A stretch of 64,000 nt of DNA from Mantamonas sphyraenae STR306 (Eukaryota; Protista; CRuMs), in contig JAPMXV010000046.1 of assembly GCA_026936335.1 (NCBI GenBank), forward strand, positions 310,001 through 374,000, written 5' to 3'. The position numbers and the translations under genes were made by a program. The first letter of the stretch is position 1; each line of letters opens with the position of its first letter. The notes below the pieces were generated by a model. It was not told the origin of the DNA and did not search any database. It worked only from the letters and a program-made list of their open reading frames with translations. Below are positions 21,515-32,062 of this stretch, one piece after another.

Positions 21515-22003
21515 ATGTCCACCACCGCACCGCGCAAACGCGTGACAAAAGACAACCTTGCACAGCTGCAAAGCGCAACCGTTGACGTTGCGCCCGGTGG
21601 TGGCGTCCACGTGCAGCTCAGTGTGACCAGCAAGGCAACCGGAGCACACATGGAGGGCGAGGCGACGTGGCAGCGCATCCTCGACGACGACCTGGACGTC
21701 ACGGTGACCCCTGACGAGGGTGCCCTCGTCATGGTCGGCGATGCGACAGAAGAGCAAGACCAGCCACAGCCATCAGTGGTGCAGGTCTCCCTGGGGGACT
21801 CTGTCAGCGCCGGCGACGTGCTGAACATCCGGTTCGAGTCCCGATTCCTCTGGTGCGGCGGCAACGCATGCCATAGACACCAGACAGTGTGGTCCCTGAC
21901 ATGCAACGTCTCTGCAAACGCACCAGAGAGCGCACACGTGGACATGGTGCACACTCTCTCGCTGCCCAAGGACGACGACGACGACGACGAACTGTACGAC
22001 TGA
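21515..22003 (+). CDS. Stand-alone protein resembling the NHLRC2/SOQ1 C-terminal beta-sandwich domain
   Basis: VDVAPGGGVHVQLSV...GAHMEGEATW and FLWCGGNAC resemble the VxPG..L.L...G..L..EA...W and YYC....AC motifs of the NHLRC2/SOQ1 CTD. Confidence 0.55.
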   Translation: MSTTAPRKRVTKDNLAQLQSATVDVAPGGGVHVQLSVTSKATGAHMEGEATWQRILDDDLDVTVTPDEGALVMVGDATEEQDQPQPSVVQVSLGDSVSAGDVLNIRFESRFLWCGGNACHRHQTVWSLTCNVSANAPESAHVDMVHTLSLPKDDDDDDELYD

Positions 22004-22076
22004 ACGGCAACCCCTCTGCACACACAGCAATCTACATACAATACACAACAGCCTGTCTCGTATCTTCATTCACAAT

Positions 22077-23090
22077 TCATCGCAGCGAGGGAGCAACCAA
22101 CTGCTTCTGGCACACCATAGGCGGCAAGTACTTTTCGATCCAGAAGAACCATTGTTGTTGCAGGTGCTGCAGCGCCAGATGCCGTGTAATCCGCCACAGG
22201 ATCTCAATGGGCTGGCAGTCCCACTCGTCCTGTGTGTCGTCGTCCAGCTCGAATTCGTTCATCACAAACATCAGCTCGATCGTCGTGTCAAACGCCTCAC
22301 CAAACTCGTGATGTGTCCTTGGCTGCCACCAGAACTTCTGCCTGTTGGCTGTGTATCGCAACGCATGATCCCAGATGTACTCAACGACGTGGAGCCAGCC
22401 ATTGTGCACTGCCTCCGACACGGGCGTCGATGGAGGCATTCCCGAGATCGTCCACGGCGCCACCAGACTCACACCCGTCTCGTGCAGCTCCTTCACCCTG
22501 TCCAGATCGCCGTCCCAACATGCTTCCATCAAATCCCGATGCAGCGCCCGATTCCGCTCCATGATCACGAACTGCGGAAGCGCCTCGTGCGAGTGGTAAA
22601 AGTACTGCAATGTGACATTCCTTTCCAGCTTATCGTATGCCTCCTGCTGCAAAGAATGGTGCATCTGGCCACTCTCCAGCATGTGGATCGACACAAGGCG
22701 CCTGTTTGTTGTCAGAGCGTCCACAATGGCCATAAACCCAACCTGTGTCAAGTTGCACCTGTCCAGCTGCAGTTCGGTGAGCATGCAGTCGTCTTCCCGC
22801 AGCAACTGCGACAGTGCAACTGCTCCCTCGTCCCCCACAGGATTCCGCTCCAAAAAAAGTTCTCGCAGCGACCGCTTGCCTCGCATGGCCTCGGCAAGAG
22901 CCACACAGCCCTCCCACGTGATGTTGCACCCGGGAAGATGCAGAATCTCCAGTGTGTCGTTTTGAGCAATCCACTGCGCAACTTCCATGGCCCCAGAGTC
23001 GCACAGCCTGAATGAGGAGATCGCCAGATCCACAGCCGTATTGGACACAATCTCGGCAATGAACCGTTCCACCTCGCAATTCTGGATCAT
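22077..23090 (-). CDS. LRR + ankyrin-like + C-terminal F-box-like motif protein
   Basis: RI-type LRRs (LEILHLPGCNITWEGC, LRELFLERNPVGDEGA, LTELQLDRCNLTQVG), ACWDGDLDRVKELHETG/TPVSEAVHNG, tail WDCQPIEILWRI. Confidence 0.75.
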   Translation of the reverse strand: MIQNCEVERFIAEIVSNTAVDLAISSFRLCDSGAMEVAQWIAQNDTLEILHLPGCNITWEGCVALAEAMRGKRSLRELFLERNPVGDEGAVALSQLLREDDCMLTELQLDRCNLTQVGFMAIVDALTTNRRLVSIHMLESGQMHHSLQQEAYDKLERNVTLQYFYHSHEALPQFVIMERNRALHRDLMEACWDGDLDRVKELHETGVSLVAPWTISGMPPSTPVSEAVHNGWLHVVEYIWDHALRYTANRQKFWWQPRTHHEFGEAFDTTIELMFVMNEFELDDDTQDEWDCQPIEILWRITRHLALQHLQQQWFFWIEKYLPPMVCQKQLVAPSLR

Positions 23091-23497
23091 GATGTGCCAT
23101 GCACCGTGAACAGATCTGGCGTGTGGTCGCACAGCAATGTCAGCCAAACGTTGCCCAGCAACTGCACTCTCCTTTCCGCGAATTCCCGAGAACTGACTGC
23201 ACCTCCTCGACGCTTTCCTCGTCCTCCTTGACTCCTTCGTCTTCCTGAGTCTGCTTGTCTTCCTGTTCGCTTGTCTCCCCTCATGTCTGCGAGCCGCTGA
23301 ATCCAAGCCTTGGCCCACTCGTCGACTTGATCCTGAACATCCCCGTCGTCCTCGCCGTCCTCGCCATCCCCGCCGTCCTCACCATCCTCCTCCAGCTCCT
23401 CGTCCCCATCAGACAGCTCCGTAGCAAGAATCGCGCATGGATCCCGTGGATCCGCAAGCAATGCTTGGTACTGCGCGCTCGAAAGCGGGTTTGGCAT
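23087..23497 (-). CDS. Small acidic hypothetical protein (or 5' part of the LRR gene)
   Basis: MPNPLSSAQYQALL...EELEEDGEDGGDGED...EWAKAWIQRL; head-to-head with the SBDS-like gene; its TGA overlaps the LRR gene ATG (ATGA). Confidence 0.45.
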   Translation of the reverse strand: MPNPLSSAQYQALLADPRDPCAILATELSDGDEELEEDGEDGGDGEDGEDDGDVQDQVDEWAKAWIQRLADMRGDKRTGRQADSGRRRSQGGRGKRRGGAVSSREFAERRVQLLGNVWLTLLCDHTPDLFTVHGTS

Positions 23498-23531
23498 GGC
23501 AAAAGGTTGCCCCGACGCGCGCACCACAACC

Positions 23532-24341
23532 ATGTCATCCACATCTGAATACCAGGTCCTGAAGTACAAGTGTGCGGCGGACAAGGACACAGAAAGCAAG
23601 GCGATCACGTTTGAACTGCTCGTCAAGCCCGGCACCGTGCGCTCCTACCGCGAGGGCAAGCTGGGCAAGGACAAGGTCCTTGTGACAGACACCATCTGGC
23701 TCAACAGCAACAAAGGAGACCGAGCCAGCGAGAGCGACCTCATGCAAGCGTTTGGCACCACCAGCGAGGCGGAAATTGCGGAAACCATGCTCCAGGACGG
23801 CGACGTTCCCATGACCAAGGAGGAGCGCCAGAAACTCGTGGACGAAAAGACCCTGCAGATGGTCAACTACATCCACAAGTACTACCTGCAGACAAAGGGC
23901 AATCTGCCCGTGCCTACCACCCGCATTGAAGCCGCACTGGAAGAGCTCAAAGTCCGCGTGGACATTGCCCAGCCGGCTGAAAAGCAGGTCAAGGCTATCC
24001 ACAGGGACCTTGTGTCGCTGCTGGGCGTGAAAAAGGCCACTGTGGAGGGTGTGCTCAAGCTCAGCCAGCAGTGGGTTGGCAAGGCCTCGGGTGTGCTCTA
24101 CAACTACGTCGACGTCGACTCCATCGAGTACACCAGCCAAGGGTGTTTGGTGCACATCTCCATGGCCCCTGGCGACTACGACGAGATGATTGCCGCCGTC
24201 AGCGAGGTCACTCAGGGTGATTTCGATTTCCAGATGGCTGGCGGTCAGGTCGAGGAGGTGGTTGACGACGAGGCCGGCTCCTCCAGCAAAAAGGGCAAGA
24301 AGGGGAAGAAGGGGAAGAAGGGAAAGAAGGGCAAAAAGTGA
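23532..24341 (+). CDS. SBDS/Sdo1-family ribosome maturation protein (divergent, archaeal-like)
   Basis: FELLVKPG...KGDRASESDLMQAFGT..EIAETMLQDGDVPMTKEER...PTTRIEAALEE..RVD...AEKQ; KKG-repeat tail. Confidence 0.85.
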   Translation: MSSTSEYQVLKYKCAADKDTESKAITFELLVKPGTVRSYREGKLGKDKVLVTDTIWLNSNKGDRASESDLMQAFGTTSEAEIAETMLQDGDVPMTKEERQKLVDEKTLQMVNYIHKYYLQTKGNLPVPTTRIEAALEELKVRVDIAQPAEKQVKAIHRDLVSLLGVKKATVEGVLKLSQQWVGKASGVLYNYVDVDSIEYTSQGCLVHISMAPGDYDEMIAAVSEVTQGDFDFQMAGGQVEEVVDDEAGSSSKKGKKGKKGKKGKKGKK

Positions 24342-24375
24342 GTGGAGGAACCTCCACGCAAATGTACACAAGGAA

Positions 24376-26855
24376 ATGAGCAGCAGCGCACCCGTGCCTG
24401 CCGAGCTGGGTCTCCCCAGCTCTGAACGGCTGCTGGCGGTGTTCAACGTCACCCTGCAACGGTCATTGCCCATCAGCGGCACCCTGTTTGTGTCCACCAA
24501 CCATCTTGTGTTTTACGACGAGCCCCTGATTGGCAAAACGGTGAAGGAGGTGATGCCCTTTGCCCGAATTGCAAGCATCGAAGAGTGCACCGTGCCTCTC
24601 ATGTTTAGCACCGCCCAGGGCATGCGTGTGACCTGTGACAACAAGCACCGCACCCTCACGGGCTTCACAGACCTGCAGCTGGCCCTCCAGAGCGTACTCA
24701 AGGCCTGGCGACAAAGCATCCAACCGCAAAAGGCCAAGCAGGAAGAGAAACAGAGTATCGAAGAGCTGGGCAACGAGCTCATGAGTAAATCCATGGCCAC
24801 GATCGAGCTCACGGCCATGCAGGACGAGGAGGGAGACGCAGGCGACGACGACACAGTCGCTTCCTCTGCGTCCGTCTCTGGCGCTGCCGGTGTCGACACA
24901 CCGTTTATGGCTGACAACCAGTGGGTCATGGACGACGTACAGGACCTGCAGAGTGTGAGCAGCAAGTCGCAGCGGGCCAAGGACAGGCTCCGGGGCGTCT
25001 TTGGCAAGAGCACCTCTCAGGTGCTGCAAATGTTTGCTCTCCCCTACTCTGAAACCGTTCTCGACAGCTACACCTGTGCCATCAGCAAGAGCATTCTGTA
25101 CCAGGGCAAGCTGTGGCTCACCGACGCCCACCTCTGCTTCTACGCAAATGTGTTTGGCAAGGAGGTGAAGGAGGTGCGTTCCATTCTGCGCCTATCCCAG
25201 CTGCCCGTTTCATGCCCCACGCCATCCCCTGACATCTCTCTGTCTCTCTGCCGCTCGTTTGCCTTGTCCTTCGTTAGGTCATCCCTCTCACAGATGTCAC
25301 CGACGTGCTGCGCACAAGCAGCACGTTTGTGGTCAAGCTGCAAAACGCCCTGACGGTGATCACCAGCAGCAAGCAGTACGTGTTCTCCTCCTTCATGTCC
25401 AGAGACAGCGCATACGAAGACATTGTCAACGCATGGCGTGCTGCAAACGCACCATCCGGCGGCAGCAGCACGTCGAGTAGCCGCGGCACAACGAGCAAGA
25501 ATGGCTCGTCCACAAGCACACAACAGAAGCACGAGACACAACGCACAGGAGACAAGGAGAAATCAAAGAAACGGCAAAAGGAGGCGAGCAAGAAGGACGT
25601 GGCACTCCAGGAGCGGTTTGAAGACTTGCCAAAGTCGGAACGGATTGTGGACACCTTTATGTGTGCACGCCAGATGAAACTGCTGCACCAGGGCATGCTG
25701 TATGCCACAGACAATTACGTGTGTTTCCACGACTATGTGGGCAACGGCTCGTTCATGATGGCCTACGATGACCTGCTCTCGCCCTTCATCCTGTCGTTCC
25801 ACCACGGCCTGCGTGTCATCCACTTTGCCAACGCCCACCAAGAGGTGTACCTCACTTCGTTTGTCAATCGCTCGTCTGCGCACGCGTCGCTGTGTGCCCT
25901 GTACGACGCGTCGACGACACGCGTGGACGAGTCGCGGCAGGAACACGTGGTCGCCAGCTACAACGCCACCTGCCTGACGTCGGAACTGCTCCTTCTGCCC
26001 AATGGCCTGTTGGTGCGCGATCACGCAGCCGACACGCGTACGTGGCTGCCCTTTCGCGATGTAATCGACGTGCAGGTGCACGAACGGCTCTCGCTCGTGC
26101 TCCTCGTGCTGACCAAGAAGCGCAAGCACGCTTTCGCCTGTCCCCTGGGACGCAACGAACTGTACATGCAAGTCCTGGGCGCACGGTCGCGTTGGGAGAA
26201 AGCCGAGTCACGCGACGACGACGACGAACGCGATGTTGTGGACGTCCTCAACGAACACCTGGCCATGCAGGAGATGGCCGCGGAGCAGGAGCAACAGAAG
26301 CAGCGGACACAGGGCATAGAGGCCACGCAAGAAACCGTCTCGTTGGACAACGACGATGCAGAGTGGTCGCTGGTGGAGAATGACACGCAGGGAGGGCAGG
26401 ATGCAGAAGACAATTGGCATCTGGTCACCGATCTCACCGTCAGCGTGGATCTGGGCAGCCCCAGCCAGTCCAACACGGAACAGACATCCACGACACAGCA
26501 GGAGAGCAAAACATCTGTTGACAGCAAGGCTGGCGAGGATGAGGCCATGGCCAGGCAGGCCGAGTACGACGAGCTCAAAGCCCTGGGGCGTTTCTGTGCG
26601 GGGCCTCAGCCCTACCGCGCCATGTCGGGCAAGCTTCTCCTCTGTGAAGACGCGCTGGTCTTTGAAGCCGAGTGTGTGGGCAAGCGCATGCAGCGCACGA
26701 TGAAGTGGAAACTGATGCGACGCTGCGAACGCCTCGTCGGCTCCGACCAGTCGCAGATGTTTGTCCTCGAGGACGGCGTCAGTTGCATGCTCATCTCTGG
26801 CGTTGCTGACGTCCAAGTGGTGGACAACATGTTGCAGCGAATGTACGCGGGATGA
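24376..26855 (+). CDS. Multi-GRAM/PH-like domain protein
   Basis: Exons 24376-25173 and 25278-26855; GRAM motifs GTLFVSTNHLVFY, FALPYSETVLDSYTCA...QGKLWLTDAHLCFYANVFG, QGMLYATDNYVCF, GKLLLCEDALVF. Confidence 0.8.
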
Positions 26856-26874
26856 TTGCAGATCGTGCGTTGCT

Positions 26875-28654
26875 TCATTGTTCAATGCGAAACAACGGCT
26901 CGTCGTCGCTGTCCTGCGTCATGCTGCGTGTGTGTGTGTGTGTGTTGAGTACCACGGCGCCTAGTTCGTCGTCCTCGTCCGCTGCACCGTCGTCCTCGTC
27001 CTGGTGCACGTTGTGTTGCGGATTCCCTGCCACCATCTCTTGCTCGGCGGCCACAATGTACATGGGTTCCCACACGTCTGTCCACACCCACATGTACTCG
27101 CAATAGGCGTCGATGTCGTCGGTGATGGCGTCGGGACGGTCGTGGAGGAGCGATTGGCGAGCCTCCGTGACGCCGCTGCTCACGGGATCGCTCACCGCCT
27201 GGCCGTACGCGCTCATGTGACGCAGGTAGGGTGCGCAGCGGGCACGATAGAGGAAGGAAAAGGCGGCAAGGACGAGACACACGCACGTGTTGAGGTACCT
27301 CTTGAGGGCGAGGGCCCAGATGAAGCTAAAGGCAACAAACACGACAGGGGCGGCGTGATTCCACACGCTGGAAACCTTGCACCAGCTCACCACGCTGGTG
27401 ACACGTCCTTTGAGCACCTCCAGCGATTCCTCGTAGGTGCTGTGGCCCACCACGGTGCCCCAGAGCCAGTGGCGTTTGACCAGCAGCCTGGCCAGCGGCT
27501 TGAGCACCACCAGCGAGAGGAGGGTCAGGTTGGCGGTGGCCACGAGGAACATGACGTAGAGGACGACGAGGGCGTCGTGGTGCAGCCTGCGAAACTCGGT
27601 GTCTGTGGGCTGTTGCATGGTGAGCACCAACCCGACAAAGGTACTGAGCCAGTAGGCCACTGCCACGGGGTACAAACGACGTCGTTCACTCACGGCGCCG
27701 GGCAATGCACCCGTGGCACGTCCCTGGCTGCGCAGCGCGTCGACGCTGATGTCGTCGTGGCCGAGCTGGCGCAACCCGAGTTGTTGCAGCGTGTCCAGCA
27801 GCGTGTCGGACACCGGAAGACGCATGTACGACAGCACCTGTGTGCACTCGGCCACCCCTGGGATGGGACGCGACGTATGCACATTGTTCTGTTTGTACAT
27901 GAGCAGCACCTTGGCGCCCTGGTAGATGCCTGCCACAAAGCTGCTGCGACGCAACGCCTCCTCTGCACGTGTCTGCATGCGCACCTCCACAGGCTGCGCC
28001 CCTCTGTTTGCTGCCCCGCCCGCCTGTGCATTCTGAGACGCCGTTGCCGCCGCCTGCGCACGCCCACGCAGGCTGCGACGGCCATTGTTGTTTGCGTGCT
28101 TGTCCGGCTGCGCATCTCGTTCCAGCAGGTGGTACCCGACTACGCTCGACACCGCCACATTCGTGATGTCTGTTTCCCCAAACTGCGTCACAATCAGGCT
28201 CAGCTGTGCGTGTGTACGTGTGCGTGGCCGTGTCCACGTGCGTGTGAGCCGTGGGTGCCGTCCGTGAGAGGGAACACACAGCCGCGCACCCCGTGCAAGG
28301 TTTCCCGCCCCCTACCTTTTGATTGCTCGCTCGCAGGCGCACCTCGGACGTGGCCAGCATGCGCACCAGGTAGTAGACACGATAGAGCCAAAAGACGAGA
28401 AAGAGAAAGAAGGTGGTCCACAGGGAGGAGGACAGCGGATAGATGGACGAATGGCGATCGCCGTTGGTCGCCAACTGGAACACAAGTGCCACCAACAGAG
28501 CCACAAACAGGCCCAGCGACGCCGTTTGTGCCTTGTAGATGGCTTCGCTGTAGTATGCGCGACGATCAAACACCGTCGAGAACTGCACTCTCCCTCGCTT
28601 TTCCCTCGACTGCTGCATCGTCGCGTTGGCCACCCCAGCGGGCTGTGGCAACAT
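26875..28654 (-). CDS. Hypothetical multi-pass membrane protein
   Basis: Exons 28654-28316 and 28203-26875; about six hydrophobic segments (e.g. LGLFVALLVALVF, VAYWLSTFVGLVL, VVFVAFSFIWALAL). Confidence 0.6.
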
Positions 28655-28754
28655 GAAATGGATGGGAATGCGGGGGGGGACACATGGAACAGAGAGAGAG
28701 AGAGAGAGGGGAATTGGGATTTCTTGCTGTACATTGATTCTTGGGGGTTGAGTG

Positions 28755-28985
28755 TCACTGATCCTCCACCTGTTGGGCAAGCCACTCCATGCCCTCGTCA
28801 AGACCCTCGCCCGTGAGAGCCACACAGTCGACAATGGACCAGGCACGGTCGACAATGGACTCCAGCTCCAGGGCCTCGACACACTCGACGGCGCTCATCG
28901 ACCCGGAAAGGTCGTGCTTGTTTGCCAGAAAGAGAATGGGTGCGCTGTTGTCCTTGAGATCTGTGGGTGGATTGGGATTGGCGGC

Positions 28986-29025
<40 letters not shown>

Positions 29026-29580
29026 GAGACGGACCGGGTCCGTGGATCCGTGGCGACGCGACAATCCCCTTTCGCTGCTGCATCCACTCCCACACACAAC
29101 CAGCACATACCCTCGTGCTCGAGCATGGTAAAGAGCTCCTCCTTGGCGACGCAGATGCGGATCTTGTCGGAGGCGTCAATAACAAAGATGATGGCCTGGG
29201 CCTCCTTGTAGTACAGCTCCCAAAGCGAGCGGTACTTGCCCTGGCCCGAAAAGTCGTACACCGTGAACGAGATGTTGTCCTTCTTGAACTCTTCAAAGTT
29301 GTAACCAACTGTGGGCACAATCTCTTCGCTTTGGGACTGTGGGTGGGTGTGCACATGCATCAGAGTCAGCCTGGCGGGACGGGTGCTTTGGCGCCAAGTT
29401 TCCGTCGAAACGGTCGAGTGTGGGTCGAGACACCAAAGGCCACGGGACGCCACGCACCTTTTTCGGTTTCATCCAATTGATGACTGTGGACTTGCCGCTG
29501 TTGTCCAGTCCCACCGTGAGCACCCTGCATTCGGTTTTGGACAGGCCCAGCGCCTGGATGAGTTTTTTGAAGAAGCTCAT
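28755..29580 (-). CDS. ARL6: ADP-ribosylation factor-like GTPase 6 (BBS3)
   Basis: Exons 29580-29458, 29336-29111, 28960-28755; GLDNSGKST, IVPTVG, DFSGQGKYRSLWELYY, VAKEEL, PILFLANK, ALTGEGL. Confidence 0.93.
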
Positions 29581-29857
29581 GGGGTCGGGGTTCCGTTGGC
29601 CCGCCATGCGCATGGCGGCTGAGGATGGCAACACACGTGAACGACATTCCCCATGACCCGCGTGAACACCACACCACCAATCTCTCACAGCCCACGGTTT
29701 ACGACGCACTGGGTGATGGCGGTAGGAGGTTTTCACTTCATTGGACGATGATCTCGCACCCTTTGTTGTCCTGCTGAAGCGCAATGGGAGGCCCTGCGTG
29801 GCCACAGAGGGCACGAATCGTTCTGTATGTATACACACGAGTGGAGAGGGAGGGAGT

Positions 29858-30172
29858 CTACTTGCGCCAGGGTTGCTTGGGCTTTTCCAGGGTGCAGAGA
29901 TAGGTGGCTACGGCAGAGGCGAGCGTCAGACAACCAAAGAGGATGTACACAAGGTTCTCCGTGCTAAGTACAGAGAGGAAGCTGACGGCAACGAGGAGCA
30001 CAAAGGCTTGCAGGATGGTGACGGGAGTGATGGGAGGTTTGCGTCGAGGCACACTGCCCTGTGTGACCTGGTCCGCACTCGGAGCAGCCTTGACGCCCTT
30101 TAGCTGGCTGCTGCCCACACGCGACGCACCAGGACGCCGTCTGGGGTTGCCGCTGCCGCTGCTACTGCTCAT
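29858..30172 (-). CDS. Small two-TM hypothetical membrane protein
   Basis: 104-aa ATG ORF with basic N-terminus and two hydrophobic helices; fills the gap between ARL6 and PP2C. Confidence 0.5.
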   Translation of the reverse strand: MSSSSGSGNPRRRPGASRVGSSQLKGVKAAPSADQVTQGSVPRRKPPITPVTILQAFVLLVAVSFLSVLSTENLVYILFGCLTLASAVATYLCTLEKPKQPWRK

Positions 30173-30248
30173 GGAGGGGACGTGCGAGAAAAGTCAAGAA
30201 CTGGTTTGGCAAGCGCTCCTGCATTGAACTGTTTTGATTGGGGCTTCG

Positions 30249-31662
30249 TCACGTCTCCTGCGGGTCTGATTGCCCGTCTGTGTGCTCGCCAAAGCCCAGC
30301 TTGATGAGAATGACGGCAATGTTGTCCCGTGAGTTTTCCAGCGCCCGGTCGACGAGGGCCTCCACGGTTTCCTGTACACTTGTGCACTCTTTGAGCAGCA
30401 CACCGACCTCGTGCGGCTTGACTGTGTCCCACAGACCGTCGGAAGCCACGCATACGTACTCGTGTTCACGGCTGACGGTGAACGAGCGGATGTACGGCTC
30501 GGAAGGGATCACAGCTTTGAGGCAGTGGTTGCCCAGCGCTCGCGTGATGCTAAACACGCCGTTGACACGACCACGTGCCACAAACCCACCTGCGTCGCTG
30601 ACACGCAGCATTTCCTCTTTGTTGCCTGTGTTGTGTGTGTCTGTGACAATGGTGGAGACGCCACCCTGGCCCACTGCGCAGCCGCTGTCCCCGACGTTGG
30701 CCACAAACATGGTGAGCACTCCGCCCACGTCTGCAAGCAAGACAATGGTACATGTGCATCCCTCGTATTCCATGCCCTTTTCTGCCATGTGTGCGTCGCA
30801 CACACGGAAAAACTCTTCCAGGACCTGCTCGTAGCGGCCGCCCTCTTGCTCGCGCTGCTTCAGCATCTGTTCAAAGTGCTGTGGAGCAGAAGATGTGTGT
30901 GCAAGGCGTCAGTCACATGTCCACCGCCCCCCCCCCCCCCTGTCCGTCTCCTGTGCCCTGTATGCGTCCCCCTCCTCGATCATACCTCCTCGAAGAAGGC
31001 AACGGCCGTGATTGCAGCAGCGTCGCCGCCGTGGCCGTCGCACACGCAGTAATACGAGTGTTGTTCTGTTTCGTTAAAGTACATGGCATCCTGCGAGGTG
31101 ATTGTGTGCGTGCGGAGAATTGTCCAGGCACGTGTGTGTCAGCAAGGTGCCCACTTGATTGTAAATCCTTCTCCGGAGACGAAAAGTGTCCGGCGTGGAG
31201 GCCATCATACGCATCGCCATCTTTCAACGACCCTACCCAGGGTCGCCCACTCTCAGTGGGGAGCGCATGCACAGCAAACGGAAGCGAGCCACACCCGGAC
31301 AGGCATCCCGGCGGCTTCTTTGCCCAATGGCCCCGCGACGGATGTTTCCTAGCGAAGCAAACTCGTCCGAAGAAAGTAGAAAACACCCCGCTCAAGTCAC
31401 GTACCTGCATCGAACTCCTGTACGTAGCGTTCTCATTCATGCAGAAGGCAGTCGAAGTTTGAAGCGATGATTTCTGCAGGCTAGACGACTGGTATGGCTC
31501 CAACTCGAGGTCGCGCACACGGTCGGAGAACTGGACACTCGTGGCACCGTTCCGCCGCCTTTTGCCCGATTCCCCCGTGCTGTTGCCCCCCTCTACCATG
31601 TTTTCCTTCCCCTGGTGCACCACAGCTGTACCCTCATTACCCGTAGAGCATGCGGAACCCAT
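30249..31662 (-). CDS. PP2C/PPM protein phosphatase, copy 1 (N-terminal MGSACS, possibly acylated)
   Basis: Exons 31662-31405, 31090-30986, 30878-30249; SMQD, CDGHGG, ANVGDS, GRVNG..ITRALG, ASDGLWD, SRDNI. Confidence 0.88.
30286..30800. repeat. 515-bp near-identical inverted duplicate of 48757-49271 (PP2C exon 3)
   Basis: Reverse complement matches 48757-49271 with only scattered substitutions. Confidence 0.9.
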
Positions 31663-31729
31663 GGTGTGGGATGGAAAATGTTTTGGTTTGGGGAGAGCGG
31701 CGGGATGAACGCGTTGTTCATTCACTGTG

Positions 31730-31951
31730 GCAACAATGCTTCCAGTCCACTCTTGTTCCAGTGCTCATCCTCACTCAATCAGTCCTGCATTCCGTGTCAG
31801 CTCCCGCCCAAATTCCTGGCCCCTTCTCCACCTCGTTGACACTCCCGTTAATCATGCGCAACACCCACTCTCACACCCACCCCTGTATACACATCCCCCT
31901 ACACCAACTTTGTCTCACTTGTAACTTCTACTGGCTCCCCTCGTGCATCCG
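31730..31951. repeat. Direct repeat copy A (non-coding, ~220 bp) flanking the LRR-ankyrin gene
   Basis: caacaatg..ccagtccac..ttgttccagtgctcatcctcactcaatcagtcctgcattccgtgtcagctcc...ccacctcgttgacactccc...acacccactctcacaccca...tgtctcacttg recurs at 34152-34397. Confidence 0.85.
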
Positions 31952-32062
31952 AGTACCTTCAACACAGCTCCTTCCCATCCCACCCTCCCACCTCCCAACC
32001 CCGCCATACCAACCCCAACCTTCCACCAAACCATCATCTTGCATTTCCCACCCATCACTCCC

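Noticed and set aside
28986-29026. (GT)n, (AGC)n and (GAT)n tracts as functional elements
   Set aside because: Ordinary microsatellites in introns, intergenic DNA or poly-Ser/Asp coding runs, common across the window.
29640-29857. Possible snRNA/snoRNA upstream of ARL6
   Set aside because: Only scattered short motifs (GATGA, CTGA, TGAAAAC); no Sm site, closing stem or guide I could support.
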